In this document: piece by piece, positions 9,808 through 19,320 of the stretch
How the letters are laid out: each line of letters opens with the position of its first letter
Numbering within the stretch: position 1 is the stretch's first letter
Origin: Nitrospirota bacterium
GTDB lineage: Bacteria > Nitrospirota > Thermodesulfovibrionia > UBA6902
Direction of reading: 5' to 3'
Assembly (NCBI GenBank): GCA_016222905.1
Contig: JACRPZ010000005.1
Location: 66,346-130,345, forward strand
DNA: 64,000 bases
The notes under the pieces: generated by a model
What the model saw: the letters and a program-made list of their open reading frames with translations, nothing else
What the model was told of the DNA's origin: nothing
Databases searched by the model: none
Made by a program: the position numbers and the translations under genes

Positions 9808-10445
9808 CTCTTCTTCCTGACAGTAATATCCACCTTTATTTCCCTAATGCCTGTTTTTATATTCGGCGTTATATCCAGCGATGCCGAGTGCTGAAGGTTT
9901 TCATAAATCCCCGATATATCTATAGGCTCTGTCTTTAATACATAGGTCTTTCTAATCAGGCTTTGCGGCCCTTCTATCAAAACTCTTTCAGGCGCTATCT
10001 TTATCTTCTCTACAGCAAAACCTTCTTCAGGAGATCCGACTATAACAGGTTTTACAGAGACCTCTTTCTTTAACCGTTCTTCAAGCGTCAAATTGACTGT
10101 CTGAGGAGAAATGCTGGTTATCAGCAGCCTCTTCGGCATCTTGATATTCTTTCTTGAGAGAGAGTAGATGTTTTTCCCGGCCTTCATATTCTCAAGATCA
10201 ACAACAACGCTTATATCATCCTGATTGAGCCCGCTTAAAAGCCTCTTTTGCCCTTCTATCACAACACTGACATTCTTTGCCATCTCAACAATCTCAAGTG
10301 ATTGAGGCATATTAATATACTGCACCGGAACCTCTTTGATAATAACCGACCGTCCGCTTGACATGACAAAAAACCAGAGGACCACAGCCAAAAAAATTGA
10401 GGCAAGTTTCAGCCATAAGTTTTCTGTTATGAAATTTCTCTTCAT
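9804..10445 (-). CDS. cdaR: YbbR-domain protein, CdaR-like regulator of diadenylate cyclase
   Basis: 213 aa. N-terminal TM helix followed by repeated YbbR-like beta modules. 4-nt overlaps with both cdaA and glmM. Confidence 0.65.
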   Translation of the reverse strand: MKRNFITENLWLKLASIFLAVVLWFFVMSSGRSVIIKEVPVQYINMPQSLEIVEMAKNVSVVIEGQKRLLSGLNQDDISVVVDLENMKAGKNIYSLSRKNIKMPKRLLITSISPQTVNLTLEERLKKEVSVKPVIVGSPEEGFAVEKIKIAPERVLIEGPQSLIRKTYVLKTEPIDISGIYENLQHSASLDITPNIKTGIREIKVDITVRKKR

Positions 10446-11209
10446 TTCTTCTTCTCTTTTTGCGCCGTAAGATTTTCAGCAAGAAAATTCCTCAGAGCCC
10501 CCATATCCATGTTCTTCACAAGCTTGCCGCCTGTTGACGCACCGATACTGCCTGTCTCTTCAGAGACTATTATGACAACAGCGTCCGTCTCCTCAGTAAG
10601 CCCCATACCGGCCCTGTGCCGGGTGCCGAGAGTCTTTGAAATTCCTGCGCCTAATGTCAGCGGCAGAAAACAGCCAGCCGCAACAATCCGGTTTCCCCTG
10701 ATTATAACAGCGCCGTCATGAATCGGCGACGTAGGGTGAAAGATGCTTAGAAGAAGCTCATGCGATACCCTTGCATCAAGCTTTATTGCCATTTCAGAAA
10801 AGTCGCTGAGACTGGTCTCTCTCTCAATAACAATTAATGCGCCTATCTTTCTGTTTGCCAGAGAGACCGATGCCCTGATAATCTCTTCAAGCGACCTTGA
10901 TTCTTCAGCGCTGCTGAAAGAAGGGAGAAAGCTCGCCTCACCCATATGGGCCAGCGCCTTCCTGATCTCCGGCTGAAAAAGTATGATAACGGCAAGAACG
11001 ATCTGCGCCCACAGGCTCTGAATAATCCAATCTATTGTATAAAATTCAAGGGAGCCTGAGAAGAGAAAGGCTAAAAAAAAGACGCCGAGGCCGATAAGCA
11101 TCTTCGCGGCTTTTGTCCCCTTAATGATCAGAAGGACCCTGTAGAGTATTACGGCAACAATCAGGATATCAACAATATCCTGCCAGCGTATGTTCTTAAG
11201 GATTTCCAT
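10442..11209 (-). CDS. cdaA: Diadenylate cyclase CdaA (DisA_N/DAC domain)
   Basis: 255 aa. Three N-terminal TM helices, then DAC motifs HDGAVII and GTRHRAG. Confidence 0.85.
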   Translation of the reverse strand: MEILKNIRWQDIVDILIVAVILYRVLLIIKGTKAAKMLIGLGVFFLAFLFSGSLEFYTIDWIIQSLWAQIVLAVIILFQPEIRKALAHMGEASFLPSFSSAEESRSLEEIIRASVSLANRKIGALIVIERETSLSDFSEMAIKLDARVSHELLLSIFHPTSPIHDGAVIIRGNRIVAAGCFLPLTLGAGISKTLGTRHRAGMGLTEETDAVVIIVSEETGSIGASTGGKLVKNMDMGALRNFLAENLTAQKEKKK

Positions 11210-11222
11210 AATTGGCTTATAT

Positions 11223-11603
11223 TTATTTCAAAGGCAACAGTATCTTTTTGTTTGGATAATGTTCTTTATTCTTTGTGGCGATTTTGTGGCCTCTTACAAC
11301 AGCAGTCGCATTGACAAGACAGTCAATAGATGTAAGAGTAAGTCCCTCTTTTCTGTATTGCCTGTAAATCTCTCCGGCTTCCATAGTGATTTCAATTGTG
11401 ACGGGTTCAATAATGCATGCATTGACAAATTTCTCGGTATCTTCTGTTTCATTGTCTCTCATTCCTGCATAAAGTTCATATACTGAAAGAATGCTTAAGT
11501 ATGCCGTATTGCTGTCCCACAGATGGAGCATGAGTTCATTGGCATATTGATAGCCGCGAAGATAGTCAATTGCAATATCGGTATCAACTATTACGGTCTG
11601 CAT
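11223..11603 (-). CDS. vapC: PIN-domain toxin (VapC family)
   Basis: 126 aa. VIVDTDIAIDYL N-terminus with conserved acidic residues. Overlaps the upstream small antitoxin ORF. Confidence 0.7.
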   Translation of the reverse strand: MQTVIVDTDIAIDYLRGYQYANELMLHLWDSNTAYLSILSVYELYAGMRDNETEDTEKFVNACIIEPVTIEITMEAGEIYRQYRKEGLTLTSIDCLVNATAVVRGHKIATKNKEHYPNKKILLPLK

Positions 11604-11820
11604 AACGCCGCTTATCCTCTTTTCTTATGTCACTAACTATCTCAACGCTGCGTTTGTCTCTTTTTCCCCATTTGCCGAAACTGGACATCGCTTTTTCAAC
11701 TTTCTTTCTTCTAAGATATTCTTTGAGCGCTTCAGAAACTACTGAGCTGAAATTATCCGAGAGTTTTTTGGCTTCATTAAATACATCATCAGGGATATTA
11801 ATGGAAGTTTTGACAGACAT
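11584..11820 (-). CDS. Type II antitoxin (VapB-like, ribbon-helix-helix-like N-terminus)
   Basis: 78 aa. SINIPDDVFNEAKKLSDNFSSVVSEALKEYL reads as a beta strand plus two helices. 20-nt overlap with the PIN gene. Confidence 0.55.
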   Translation of the reverse strand: MSVKTSINIPDDVFNEAKKLSDNFSSVVSEALKEYLRRKKVEKAMSSFGKWGKRDKRSVEIVSDIRKEDKRRYADRNS

Positions 11821-11838
11821 ATCGGCCTCCTAATTAGT

Positions 11839-11907
11839 GTCATTCCGTGCCTGGCACGGAATCCAGAGCCTTTTAATTATCTTGATTCCGTTTTTACTTG
11901 GAATGAC
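11839..11907. repeat. REP-like hairpin pair (GTCATTCC...GGAATGAC type)
   Basis: GTCATTCCGTGCCTGGCACGGAATCC (11839-11864) and GATTCCGTTTTTACTTGGAATGAC (11884-11907). Same family as 12866-12937, 8288-8313 and 52952-52974. Confidence 0.6.
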
Positions 11908-11968
11908 AAATACTGCAATCTTTATTATTATAAGGTATTACTAAAGAGTATGCAATTATTATTTTTTT

Positions 11969-12757
11969 TCAAAGCATTAAAGTACCCCCCAATATGTATA
12001 TGAAGTGCCCCTTGATCTCCAGATCATCTTTCTCCCAGTTTGCAGGCAAAGGCCAGAACGGCTCAGCATCCTTGAGCGCCTTTATTGCCGCCTTATCAAG
12101 CTCCATGAACCCTGATGTTCTCACAACTTCTATCTTCCCAAGCTTTCCGTCTTTTTTTATAACAAAATCTATATAGAGATCGCCTGATATGCCGAGCCTT
12201 GCCGCCTCCGGTGGATAAACCCATATGCTTTCAATCTTCTGTGTCAGCATCCGCATATATCCTCTATGCTTAAACTCCCCGACATCAAATGTCAGTCCCT
12301 TCTTCTCAGGCGGAGAGGCATTCTTTGCAAACTTCTCAATGGTGTCTCTGTCAAAAAGACGAGACCGCATGGAAGCAGACGAATCATCCGGCAGCGCTGA
12401 TAATGGCGCATCCTTTTGCAAGTGAGAATCACCATTTTCGCTGCTGCCTGAACCTTCCGAAGATTTGGCGTTACTTGCCGGAGGCGTTGATATGCTATCT
12501 TCGCCATGCATAGTCTCAGGCGATAATCTATTATCAGGCGGACGGTGACGATTGTAATCAGGCAGCGGGGATTTTTCCCTGCTTAGTTTGGGGCGTTCTG
12601 CTTTTAGAGTAGGCAGCGGAAGAGCATCAAGGGGATCAATAAGATCAATATCAAATACAGAGAGACCGGTATTTTGGTCAGGCTGTATTACTGCCAGCAA
12701 ACCAATCAGCAACAGATGGGCTAATACAGCTAAAGCTATATAACGATTGAAACTCAA
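11969..12757 (-). CDS. TonB-family C-terminal domain protein
   Basis: 262 aa. N-terminal TM anchor, Pro/Ser-rich linker and TonB_C-like end (YPPEAARLGISGDLYIDFVIKKDGKLGKIEVVRTSG). Confidence 0.65.
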   Translation of the reverse strand: MSFNRYIALAVLAHLLLIGLLAVIQPDQNTGLSVFDIDLIDPLDALPLPTLKAERPKLSREKSPLPDYNRHRPPDNRLSPETMHGEDSISTPPASNAKSSEGSGSSENGDSHLQKDAPLSALPDDSSASMRSRLFDRDTIEKFAKNASPPEKKGLTFDVGEFKHRGYMRMLTQKIESIWVYPPEAARLGISGDLYIDFVIKKDGKLGKIEVVRTSGFMELDKAAIKALKDAEPFWPLPANWEKDDLEIKGHFIYILGGTLML

Positions 12758-12865
12758 TTTCTATCTTTTGATACAGATGACCTGGTAATAACCCATCAAA
12801 TCACATTTTTTGTAATTCTTTACCATGTGGCATATTGCAAAAGTATCGTGGAAATCGCTTTTGCC

Positions 12866-12937
12866 GTCATACCCGCGAAGGCGGGTATCCATGTTTTTAA
12901 AGAGAATGGATTCCCGATAAAGCCCTCGGGAATGACG
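12866..12937. repeat. REP-like hairpin pair
   Basis: GTCATACCCGCGAAGGCGGGTATCC (12866-12890) and GGATTCCCGATAAAGCCCTCGGGAATGACG (12908-12937). These generate the spurious ORF 12761..12949 (..MDTRLRGYDGKSDFHD..). Confidence 0.6.
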
Positions 12938-12987
12938 AATTAAAGACATTCACAAGTCCCTCTATTTACTGGGCAGTAGCTTTGAGA

Positions 12988-13446
12988 TCACTTCTTCGCT
13001 CTATGCTCCGGCACCCTTACCGTTAACACAGGGCACGGCGCCTTTCTTACCACCTTGTCTACAGTGCTGCCAAAGATAAATTTTTCAAAACCCTTTCTGC
13101 CGTAGGTCCCCATTACAATTATATCTATCTTCTTATCTGAAGCGAACTTAATTATCTCCTCATAGGGGATTCCTTTTACAACCACTTTCTCGACATCGGG
13201 AAGTCCCCTGACATGTTCAATACAGCATGTGTCCATCTCTTTCATAGCCCATTCATTCATCTCTCTATGAAGCTCATCCGCTGAGACATGGGGCACATGG
13301 CTTGAGGTCGCCTGTGTAACATCAAACACAACATTAAAAATATAAAGCTTTGCTTTATAAGTTCTTGCAAAGTCCGCGGCATAAGGCAGTGCATGGAAAG
13401 ACCCTGTTGAAAAATCAGTCGGAAAAAGTATACGCTCAACTTTCAT
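12988..13446 (-). CDS. Universal stress protein (UspA family)
   Basis: 152 aa. ILFPTDFS N-terminus and GTYGRKGFEKFIFGSTVDKVVRKAPCPVLTV C-terminal ATP-binding motif. Confidence 0.8.
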   Translation of the reverse strand: MKVERILFPTDFSTGSFHALPYAADFARTYKAKLYIFNVVFDVTQATSSHVPHVSADELHREMNEWAMKEMDTCCIEHVRGLPDVEKVVVKGIPYEEIIKFASDKKIDIIVMGTYGRKGFEKFIFGSTVDKVVRKAPCPVLTVRVPEHRAKK

Positions 13447-13547
13447 GATTAAGCCTCCTTAAAATGTTTTGCCCTCCTGTCGGAAGTGCTTTATTGTTAT
13501 GTCCCAATTATAACCCATTTATCAAGAATCTTATAATATCAAATACA

Positions 13548-14303
13548 TCAAACATTAAGCTCATAGATAATCCTTAATCCCTCAAGAGTAAGAAATTGAT
13601 TCACAGTCCATATGTTTTTTATATAAGGAGAAACTAAATCAGCCATGCCGCCTGTAGCGATTACTTTCGGGGTAATTCCCGCCTCTTTTTTTATCTCTTT
13701 AATTATCCGCTCTACCCCGCCTGCATGTCCTAAAACTAAACCTGCAAGAATGTTCTCTTTTGTATCTCTTCCAATCATCCTTTCAGGCGACTTGATTTTT
13801 ACAAGGGGCAATTTTGCTGTATTTTCAGACAGGGCTTTAGCAGAAATGCCGATCCCCGGCATTATGGCACCGCCTCTGTATTCTCCATTTGCTGTGACCA
13901 CACAAAGCGTTGTTGCCGTGCCGAAATCTACAACTATAAGGTCCCCCTTATAAAGCTTATGCGCTCCGGCAGCAGCAGCTATCCTGTCAGCTCCGAGATT
14001 CTCCGGATTCTTTATCTTAAATTTCAACCCGGTCTTAATCTTACTACTTACGACCAGGGGCTCTATCCTGAAAATCTTTTTTATAGCAGCAGAGATTAAA
14101 GGCGTAACTTTCGGCACAACTGAACATATAGCAGCGCCCGCAAGCACTCTCATCCGATATTTCTTTATGAAACTTTTGAGAAGAGAGGAGTATTTATCCG
14201 TATTAGCATCTATGGCTGTCTTGAATTTCAATACATGCTTAATACCCTTATCATAAAGGCCGATAGTTGTGTTTGTGTTGCCTATGTCAATGAGTAGAAG
14301 CAT
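13548..14303 (-). CDS. coaX: Type III pantothenate kinase
   Basis: 251 aa. LLLIDIGNTNT phosphate-1 motif and DFGTATT, typical of the CoaX/Baf family. Confidence 0.85.
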   Translation of the reverse strand: MLLLIDIGNTNTTIGLYDKGIKHVLKFKTAIDANTDKYSSLLKSFIKKYRMRVLAGAAICSVVPKVTPLISAAIKKIFRIEPLVVSSKIKTGLKFKIKNPENLGADRIAAAAGAHKLYKGDLIVVDFGTATTLCVVTANGEYRGGAIMPGIGISAKALSENTAKLPLVKIKSPERMIGRDTKENILAGLVLGHAGGVERIIKEIKKEAGITPKVIATGGMADLVSPYIKNIWTVNQFLTLEGLRIIYELNV

Positions 14304-14336
14304 GATCCCTTAAATTGTTTATAAATTGTTTTTATT

Positions 14337-14362
14337 GTCACCCTGAGCCTGTCGAAGGGTGC
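14337..14362. repeat. REP-like hairpin (CACCCT-GAGCCTGTCGAA-AGGGTG)
   Basis: GTCACCCTGAGCCTGTCGAAGGGTGC shares the GAGCCTGTCGAA core with the module inside comEC. Confidence 0.5.
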
Positions 14363-14554
14363 TGTAACTTTTTGATTTCCCCCACAGCGGAGCGAGTGGG
14401 GAATGTATACGTCACTGACGAGTGCCACTGCATCTTAAAAACTGGCCTAAAAGTAATTTGCAAATCATAAAGCAATGCTACTCAAAAAAGGTGCTGTAGC
14501 ACTCGTTCAAGTGTACGCAATGATTATACGCTGTTTTTTGCCTCTTCTTTTCTA

Positions 14555-15055
14555 TCAGTTCACTGGTAACAACTTAAATTTATATAAATCTTTTCCTCTG
14601 TAAATTTTACCTCTTGCCTCACCTTTTTCACCTGCTGAAACAATCATAATGTAGTTACCTTTCGGAACATCAAAGACTACTTTTCCTTTTATAGGCACAA
14701 GAGGAGAAAGGCGATCAACAGTAAGTTTATATATGAAATTATCGTCTGGACCTCCCCCTGCAATCCCCCTATCGCTCACCTCATATTCATAACCTTGTTC
14801 GTTTACCAACGTAAATACTGGAGGAGTTAAAGTTGCTGTTTGTTTTCGCATACTTATTATGGACATATCTACAACCAAAAAATTTGCGTCTGCTATTTGA
14901 TAGTTTATTTGGTTAGTCCAATATGCTTCTCCAATTTTCAGTTTGAAGTCTTCTTTATAGCTCACTTCCTGCCCCTGCGAATATGTAGGGATTTCATGGC
15001 GTGCCATTGTTGCGCAACCAACAAATATGAGATTTACCAGGAATAATAATTTCAT
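14555..15055 (-). CDS. Hypothetical lipoprotein (possibly DUF4352-like beta-sandwich)
   Basis: The ORF track gives 14555..15088 with a TTG start. The ATG at 15055 gives MKLLFLVNLIFVGC (signal plus lipobox). The start is ambiguous and the family guess is weak. Confidence 0.45.
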   Translation of the reverse strand: MKLLFLVNLIFVGCATMARHEIPTYSQGQEVSYKEDFKLKIGEAYWTNQINYQIADANFLVVDMSIISMRKQTATLTPPVFTLVNEQGYEYEVSDRGIAGGGPDDNFIYKLTVDRLSPLVPIKGKVVFDVPKGNYIMIVSAGEKGEARGKIYRGKDLYKFKLLPVN

Positions 15056-15334
15056 AAATTTGAGTTTCTGATTCAATTTACCCTCCAATGAATATTAATC
15101 TTATTACCTATAGAGTGAAATGCTGCCACAAATAATTACGTATAATGTTGAGTTAACGCACTAAGGGCCTTGTGCCCTGAGTTAGTTTGAACTCGTTGTT
15201 AGGCTTCCTTTTCCCTTATCATAATTCATCTTGAATTTATTCAATTGGGTTTTGAGATCTTTTAATTTACCTTCGCCTGTCCATTCATTAGCATTGGAAG
15301 CAGCAGTTCAGAGAGGTTTTGATTTTCGATTTCG

Positions 15335-16240
15335 TTAATCATTTTTTTCTTGAAAATAGGTGCAATTACTGTTTTTTAAGATCGTAACATCTCCTGCGCT
15401 CACCCTTTCAATCTTACCGGATGAAAGCCTTATAAGAAGCTGTCCATCATCATTAATGCCCTCTGCAATCCCTGATATTATCTTATCCTCTTCTGATAAA
15501 CCGGAGCGTTCAACTTTGACTTTTCTGCCGATAGTTGAGTCTAAAGAGAGCCACTCATTAATCAGAGCCCTTTTATCGCCGTTTAAAAGTATTTTATACC
15601 AGTGCTCCAGACTGCTAAGCATCACTCCAAAGAGTTTCACCCTGTCAATGTTTCTCCCAGTCTCCAGCTTAAGTGTGGTTGTAAGTTCTCTGACCCCTTC
15701 AGGCAGCATCTCCGGGAATAGATTCACATTCACGCCTATGCCAAGTGCGATAAGATTGATCCTGTTTGCATCAGACTTCATCTCCATAAGTATACCGCCT
15801 GTTTTTTTATCGCCCACAAGTATGTCATTGGGCCATTTAATAACTGCGGACAATCCTGTATGTTCCCTGATCGCAGATACAACAGCTACAGCAGCCATTA
15901 AGGTAAGAAGAGGCGCTTCTCTCGGCGGGAAAGACGGCCTCAAAAGCAGGGTAAAGTAAAGGTTTCCGCCCGGCGGCGATAACCAACTCCTGCCAAGCCT
16001 CCCCTTTCCGCTCTTTTGAGAATCAGCGATAACCACTATACCTTCGGGCTCTTCCCTCTGTGCCCCTATCTCCATTGCCGCATCATTTGTTGAAGCAACG
16101 GATTCAAAGAAGATAATCTCCCTGCCAATTATTCCGCCTGTATACACGTTCTTAAGCTTCTCTGCGGAGAGAGTGTCGTTGGAAGTTGGGGTGTCGGATG
16201 TCCGCAAGGCTGATTTAGAATTGAAGTCCTTCATATTCAT
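15335..16240 (-). CDS. birA: Biotin--[acetyl-CoA-carboxylase] ligase
   Basis: 301 aa. GKGRLGRSW (GRGRxGRxW-type biotin-binding loop), BPL_LplA_LipB core and C-terminal SH3-like end. No obvious N-terminal HTH. Confidence 0.8.
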   Translation of the reverse strand: MNMKDFNSKSALRTSDTPTSNDTLSAEKLKNVYTGGIIGREIIFFESVASTNDAAMEIGAQREEPEGIVVIADSQKSGKGRLGRSWLSPPGGNLYFTLLLRPSFPPREAPLLTLMAAVAVVSAIREHTGLSAVIKWPNDILVGDKKTGGILMEMKSDANRINLIALGIGVNVNLFPEMLPEGVRELTTTLKLETGRNIDRVKLFGVMLSSLEHWYKILLNGDKRALINEWLSLDSTIGRKVKVERSGLSEEDKIISGIAEGINDDGQLLIRLSSGKIERVSAGDVTILKNSNCTYFQEKND

Positions 16241-16425
16241 AAAGATGATATTTTGATGGAAGACGAAAAGATTATAACATGACTAACATCACAATGCATG
16301 TTAATCACTAAAAAAACACAATGATAGCAGGCACATAGCCGTCAACTTTTGTTGACAGGCGCACAATTATGTGCTAATGTCCTCTAACCATATAATAACT
16401 TATTAATTTTTGTGAGGAGGTAGCG

Positions 16426-17457
16426 GTGACAAAGAAAATATTCTTTTCCGTTTTTCTTGTCCTTATTATTGTAAAGTTCGCCGTCGCCGATCCAAGTATT
16501 TCGATTAAAATTCCTGACCCGCTCGGACCAGTCGTTTCAATTAAAACTCTTAACGAAAACAATAAAACAATTGAAGAAAGAATTTATGATAGCAAGGGCA
16601 ATCTCCTTAGATCAACTGTCTTTGATGAGGAGGGGGCAGTTTATGAGGAAAATGAGTACGCATACAATAAAAACAATACGAAAAGTAAGCATATATTCAG
16701 GGACCAGGCTTTTACTGGCGCTCTCATTATTAAATATGGGGAAAACGGTGAAGAATTGGAAGTTACAGATTCACGTCAGGGCAATTGGATCGGTAATGCA
16801 CCATTCAGAAAGTGGATAAATAAATACAATTCCAATGGGATTATGACTGCACAGATTGGTAAGTTTAAAAACGGAGACATATTTGAAAAGACGTCCTATG
16901 TCTATAAAAACAATTTCCTTTCAGAGGAGAGGATGACCAAGAAAGGTAAAGCTGGCCAACACCTAAGAAAGTACGAACGCGATCCTAAAGGTAACGCCAT
17001 TAAAGTTACCATAACGAACTTCGATGGTACCCTCGATAAAGTGGAAACCTTTGAATATGATGCTCAAGGGCATAAGATTGAATGGGTTGAAAATGCATAC
17101 TATCATGGCTCACCACGAGGCATAACAATCCACAGATTTGATGCAAGCGGGAATAAGATCGCAAGAATCTACAAAAGCACGTTAGGCGCTGAATTGGAGA
17201 AGAGAATTTACGAATATGATGATAGAGGAAATTTGATCAGCGAAGATATGTGGGGTGAATCTGGCAACCATGCTGGAGCTTTTAAATACAAGTACGATGA
17301 CAAAGGGAATCTAATATGGCAAGGAGAGACTAATGGAAACAGCCCTGGCTCCGGAGTAAGCTACGAATATGAATATGACAAGTATGGCAATTGGATAAAA
17401 AAAGCCGAATCTGATTCCGGGTCTATTGAAACACGCATAATACAATATGGGAAATAG
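16426..17457 (+). CDS. Secreted hypothetical protein with YD-like repeats
   Basis: 343 aa. GTG start after a GAGGAGG RBS and a signal-like N-terminus. Repeated Y-x-Y-D-x-x-G-N/H units (YEYDDRGNLISED, YKYDDKGNLIWQG, FEYDAQGHKIEW, YEYDKYGNWIKK). Confidence 0.5.
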   Translation: MTKKIFFSVFLVLIIVKFAVADPSISIKIPDPLGPVVSIKTLNENNKTIEERIYDSKGNLLRSTVFDEEGAVYEENEYAYNKNNTKSKHIFRDQAFTGALIIKYGENGEELEVTDSRQGNWIGNAPFRKWINKYNSNGIMTAQIGKFKNGDIFEKTSYVYKNNFLSEERMTKKGKAGQHLRKYERDPKGNAIKVTITNFDGTLDKVETFEYDAQGHKIEWVENAYYHGSPRGITIHRFDASGNKIARIYKSTLGAELEKRIYEYDDRGNLISEDMWGESGNHAGAFKYKYDDKGNLIWQGETNGNSPGSGVSYEYEYDKYGNWIKKAESDSGSIETRIIQYGK

Positions 17458-17476
17458 AATTAAGCGGCGTTTTCTT

Positions 17477-17511
17477 GGTTCAGTTCTTTTGACCAAACAA
17501 AAGAATGAACC
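17477..17511. terminator. Hairpin between convergent genes (possible terminator)
   Basis: GGTTCAGTTCTTTTG-ACCAAA-CAAAAGAATGAACC forms a 14-bp stem with one bulge. There is no clear U-run, so confidence is low. Confidence 0.3.
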
Positions 17512-17557
17512 GAGGCATGGGGCCGAGACCAAGATTCTTCCCTCCCTCTCCTTGCTT

Positions 17558-18253
17558 CTATTCTTCCTTTAATATTCGTACTTCAATCTTCCCCTTCAGT
17601 CCATCTGCGAATCTCTTTGCGTCATCTTTATCCCCGACTATGGAGTTATAGTGCATAGGCACGGCGATCTTAGGTTTTATCTCAAGCGCCGCGTTAACCG
17701 CTTCCTCAGCGGTCATAACATATGTTCCGGATACCGGCAAAAGCGCGATGTCCGCCTTATAATTCTTCATCTCAGGGATCAAGTCTGTGTCTCCGGCAAG
17801 GTAAATCCTTTCGCCTTTTACAGTAAAGATATAACCGACCCAGCTATTGTCCTGTGGATGAAATTTCTTGTTCGTATTGTATGCAGGAACCGCTTCTATA
17901 TCCATGCCTTTGACATTTATCTTGTCACCTGGTTTCATGGTCCTGATATTTCCTGAAAGTTTCCCGGCGCAGTCTGCCGGAGCAACGATTACCGTATCAG
18001 CAGACTGGAGCTTCTTTACATCTTCAGGAGAGCAGTGGTCACGATGTTCATGGGTTATCAGGATTATATCGGCGGAGTCCTTCTTCTTTATTTTGAAGGG
18101 ATCCGTATAAATGACCTTTTCACCAACAATTTTGAATGTGTCATGTCCAAGCCAGTGTATATCATCTATCATTGCGCTCCTCCTCTCTCCTTCGGCAACA
18201 GAAACAGAAGCCATTAATAATAAAGACAAGATGGAAAATATATATCGTTTCAT
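17558..18253 (-). CDS. MBL-fold metallo-hydrolase (secreted)
   Basis: 231 aa. Signal peptide and ILITHEHRDHCS (HxHxDH) motif. Confidence 0.7.
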   Translation of the reverse strand: MKRYIFSILSLLLMASVSVAEGERRSAMIDDIHWLGHDTFKIVGEKVIYTDPFKIKKKDSADIILITHEHRDHCSPEDVKKLQSADTVIVAPADCAGKLSGNIRTMKPGDKINVKGMDIEAVPAYNTNKKFHPQDNSWVGYIFTVKGERIYLAGDTDLIPEMKNYKADIALLPVSGTYVMTAEEAVNAALEIKPKIAVPMHYNSIVGDKDDAKRFADGLKGKIEVRILKEE

Positions 18254-18283
18254 TTTCTTCTCCGGTACGTATATTTAAGTAAA

Positions 18284-19195
18284 TTATATCATACGAGAGT
18301 CCAGCCGCAGATTAAGATAATTAAGCGGATTTTCGGATGCAAACTTCAAGGCGTCACCCCCCGCATCTTTAATATTCTTTAATGCGCCTGAAAGAGTAAC
18401 CGCGCTTCCGGCAATAGATCCGGAGGATGTTTTTATAGGTCCTTTTTTTACTCCTGCTCCTTTTATGGAATCCGAGACAAGGATGACCCTGTCAGCCCGC
18501 TTTATTTTAAAGATAAGGCTCAACGTCTTTGGATCAAGATGAATTCCGTCAGCAACAACCTCTACAAAAACATCTTCTTCCAGAAGCCCGAATCCGGCAA
18601 TCCCCGGCTCCCTGTGATGAAACGGCCTCATTGCATTAAATATATGGCTTATGCCTGTTGCTCCTGCCTTCTTGCCGCTCAATGCCTGCCCGTACGTTGC
18701 ATCAGAATGCCCCATATTAACCTTGATTCCAAGAGAGACCGCCATTTCTATAACCTTCAGCGCTCCCGGCATTTCAGGGGCAATGGTCATTATCTTTATT
18801 ATCTCTTCATAATCTTCAATGAGCCTTTTAAGGTCTGCTATTGTCGGTTTAGTCAATGACTTCTTTTCCTGTGCTCCGCACCTTGCAGGATTCAAAAAAG
18901 GCCCTTCAAGATGAACGCCCAGAATCAATGACGCATCATGACCACTTCTATGTTTTGTCCAAGTCCGGTTTTCTGCGTTCCGCATTATTATTGCGGCTTT
19001 GACTGCCTCCATATTTGCTCGCATCTGCCGGATTGTACCTGAGTAAATAGTTGGGAGAAATGCGGCTGTGCCGGCTTTTGCGTAAAGCATCGCCATCTTC
19101 AGGATATCATCGGGATTCTCAGTCTTCGTATCGTATTTGCCGATGCCGTGTGTATGCAGGTCAATAAGATTTTTATGCATATGAAATAATAGCAT
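18284..19195 (-). CDS. N-acetylglucosamine-6-phosphate deacetylase-like amidohydrolase (short form)
   Basis: 303 aa. IDLHTHG, HLEGPFLNP, GHSDATY, HIFNAM and DGIHLD motifs of the NagA family. The ORF begins almost at the HxH motif, so the usual N-terminal beta-sandwich part is missing. Confidence 0.6.
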   Translation of the reverse strand: MLLFHMHKNLIDLHTHGIGKYDTKTENPDDILKMAMLYAKAGTAAFLPTIYSGTIRQMRANMEAVKAAIIMRNAENRTWTKHRSGHDASLILGVHLEGPFLNPARCGAQEKKSLTKPTIADLKRLIEDYEEIIKIMTIAPEMPGALKVIEMAVSLGIKVNMGHSDATYGQALSGKKAGATGISHIFNAMRPFHHREPGIAGFGLLEEDVFVEVVADGIHLDPKTLSLIFKIKRADRVILVSDSIKGAGVKKGPIKTSSGSIAGSAVTLSGALKNIKDAGGDALKFASENPLNYLNLRLDSRMI

Positions 19196-19320
19196 ATTCA
19201 GGAAGGCGCTTAAACAAAGTCCGTTATTACTCGCAGGACAAAAACCTATATCAAAATCAGGCCATAATCTACTTGCTTTTCAGCGCAACTTATGTAAGAA
19301 TAGTTCTAAAGGGGGGTTAT

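Noticed and set aside
12761-12949. 62-aa ORF between the TonB-like gene and uspA.
   Set aside because: Its sequence is made almost entirely of two REP-type hairpins (..MDTRLRGYDGKSDFHD..). This is the typical false translation of palindromic repeats.
14405-14518. Possible long hairpin or ncRNA in the coaX-downstream spacer (GTATACGTCACTGACGAGTGCCACTGCATC versus the reverse complement of GGTGCTGTAGCACTCGTTCAAGTGTACGC).
   Set aside because: Only an 8-bp perfect core (ACGAGTGC/GCACTCGT) with gappy, mismatched flanks and a loop of about 55 nt. Too weak to call without covariation data.
15089-15334. Start-less open frame on the minus strand (..NANEWTGEGKLKDLKTQLNKFKMNYDKGKGSLTTSSN) downstream of birA.
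   Set aside because: It is bounded upstream by TGA, its only start is an internal ATG 15 codons before the stop, it has no RBS and it is short. At best a gene remnant, so it is not reported as a feature.
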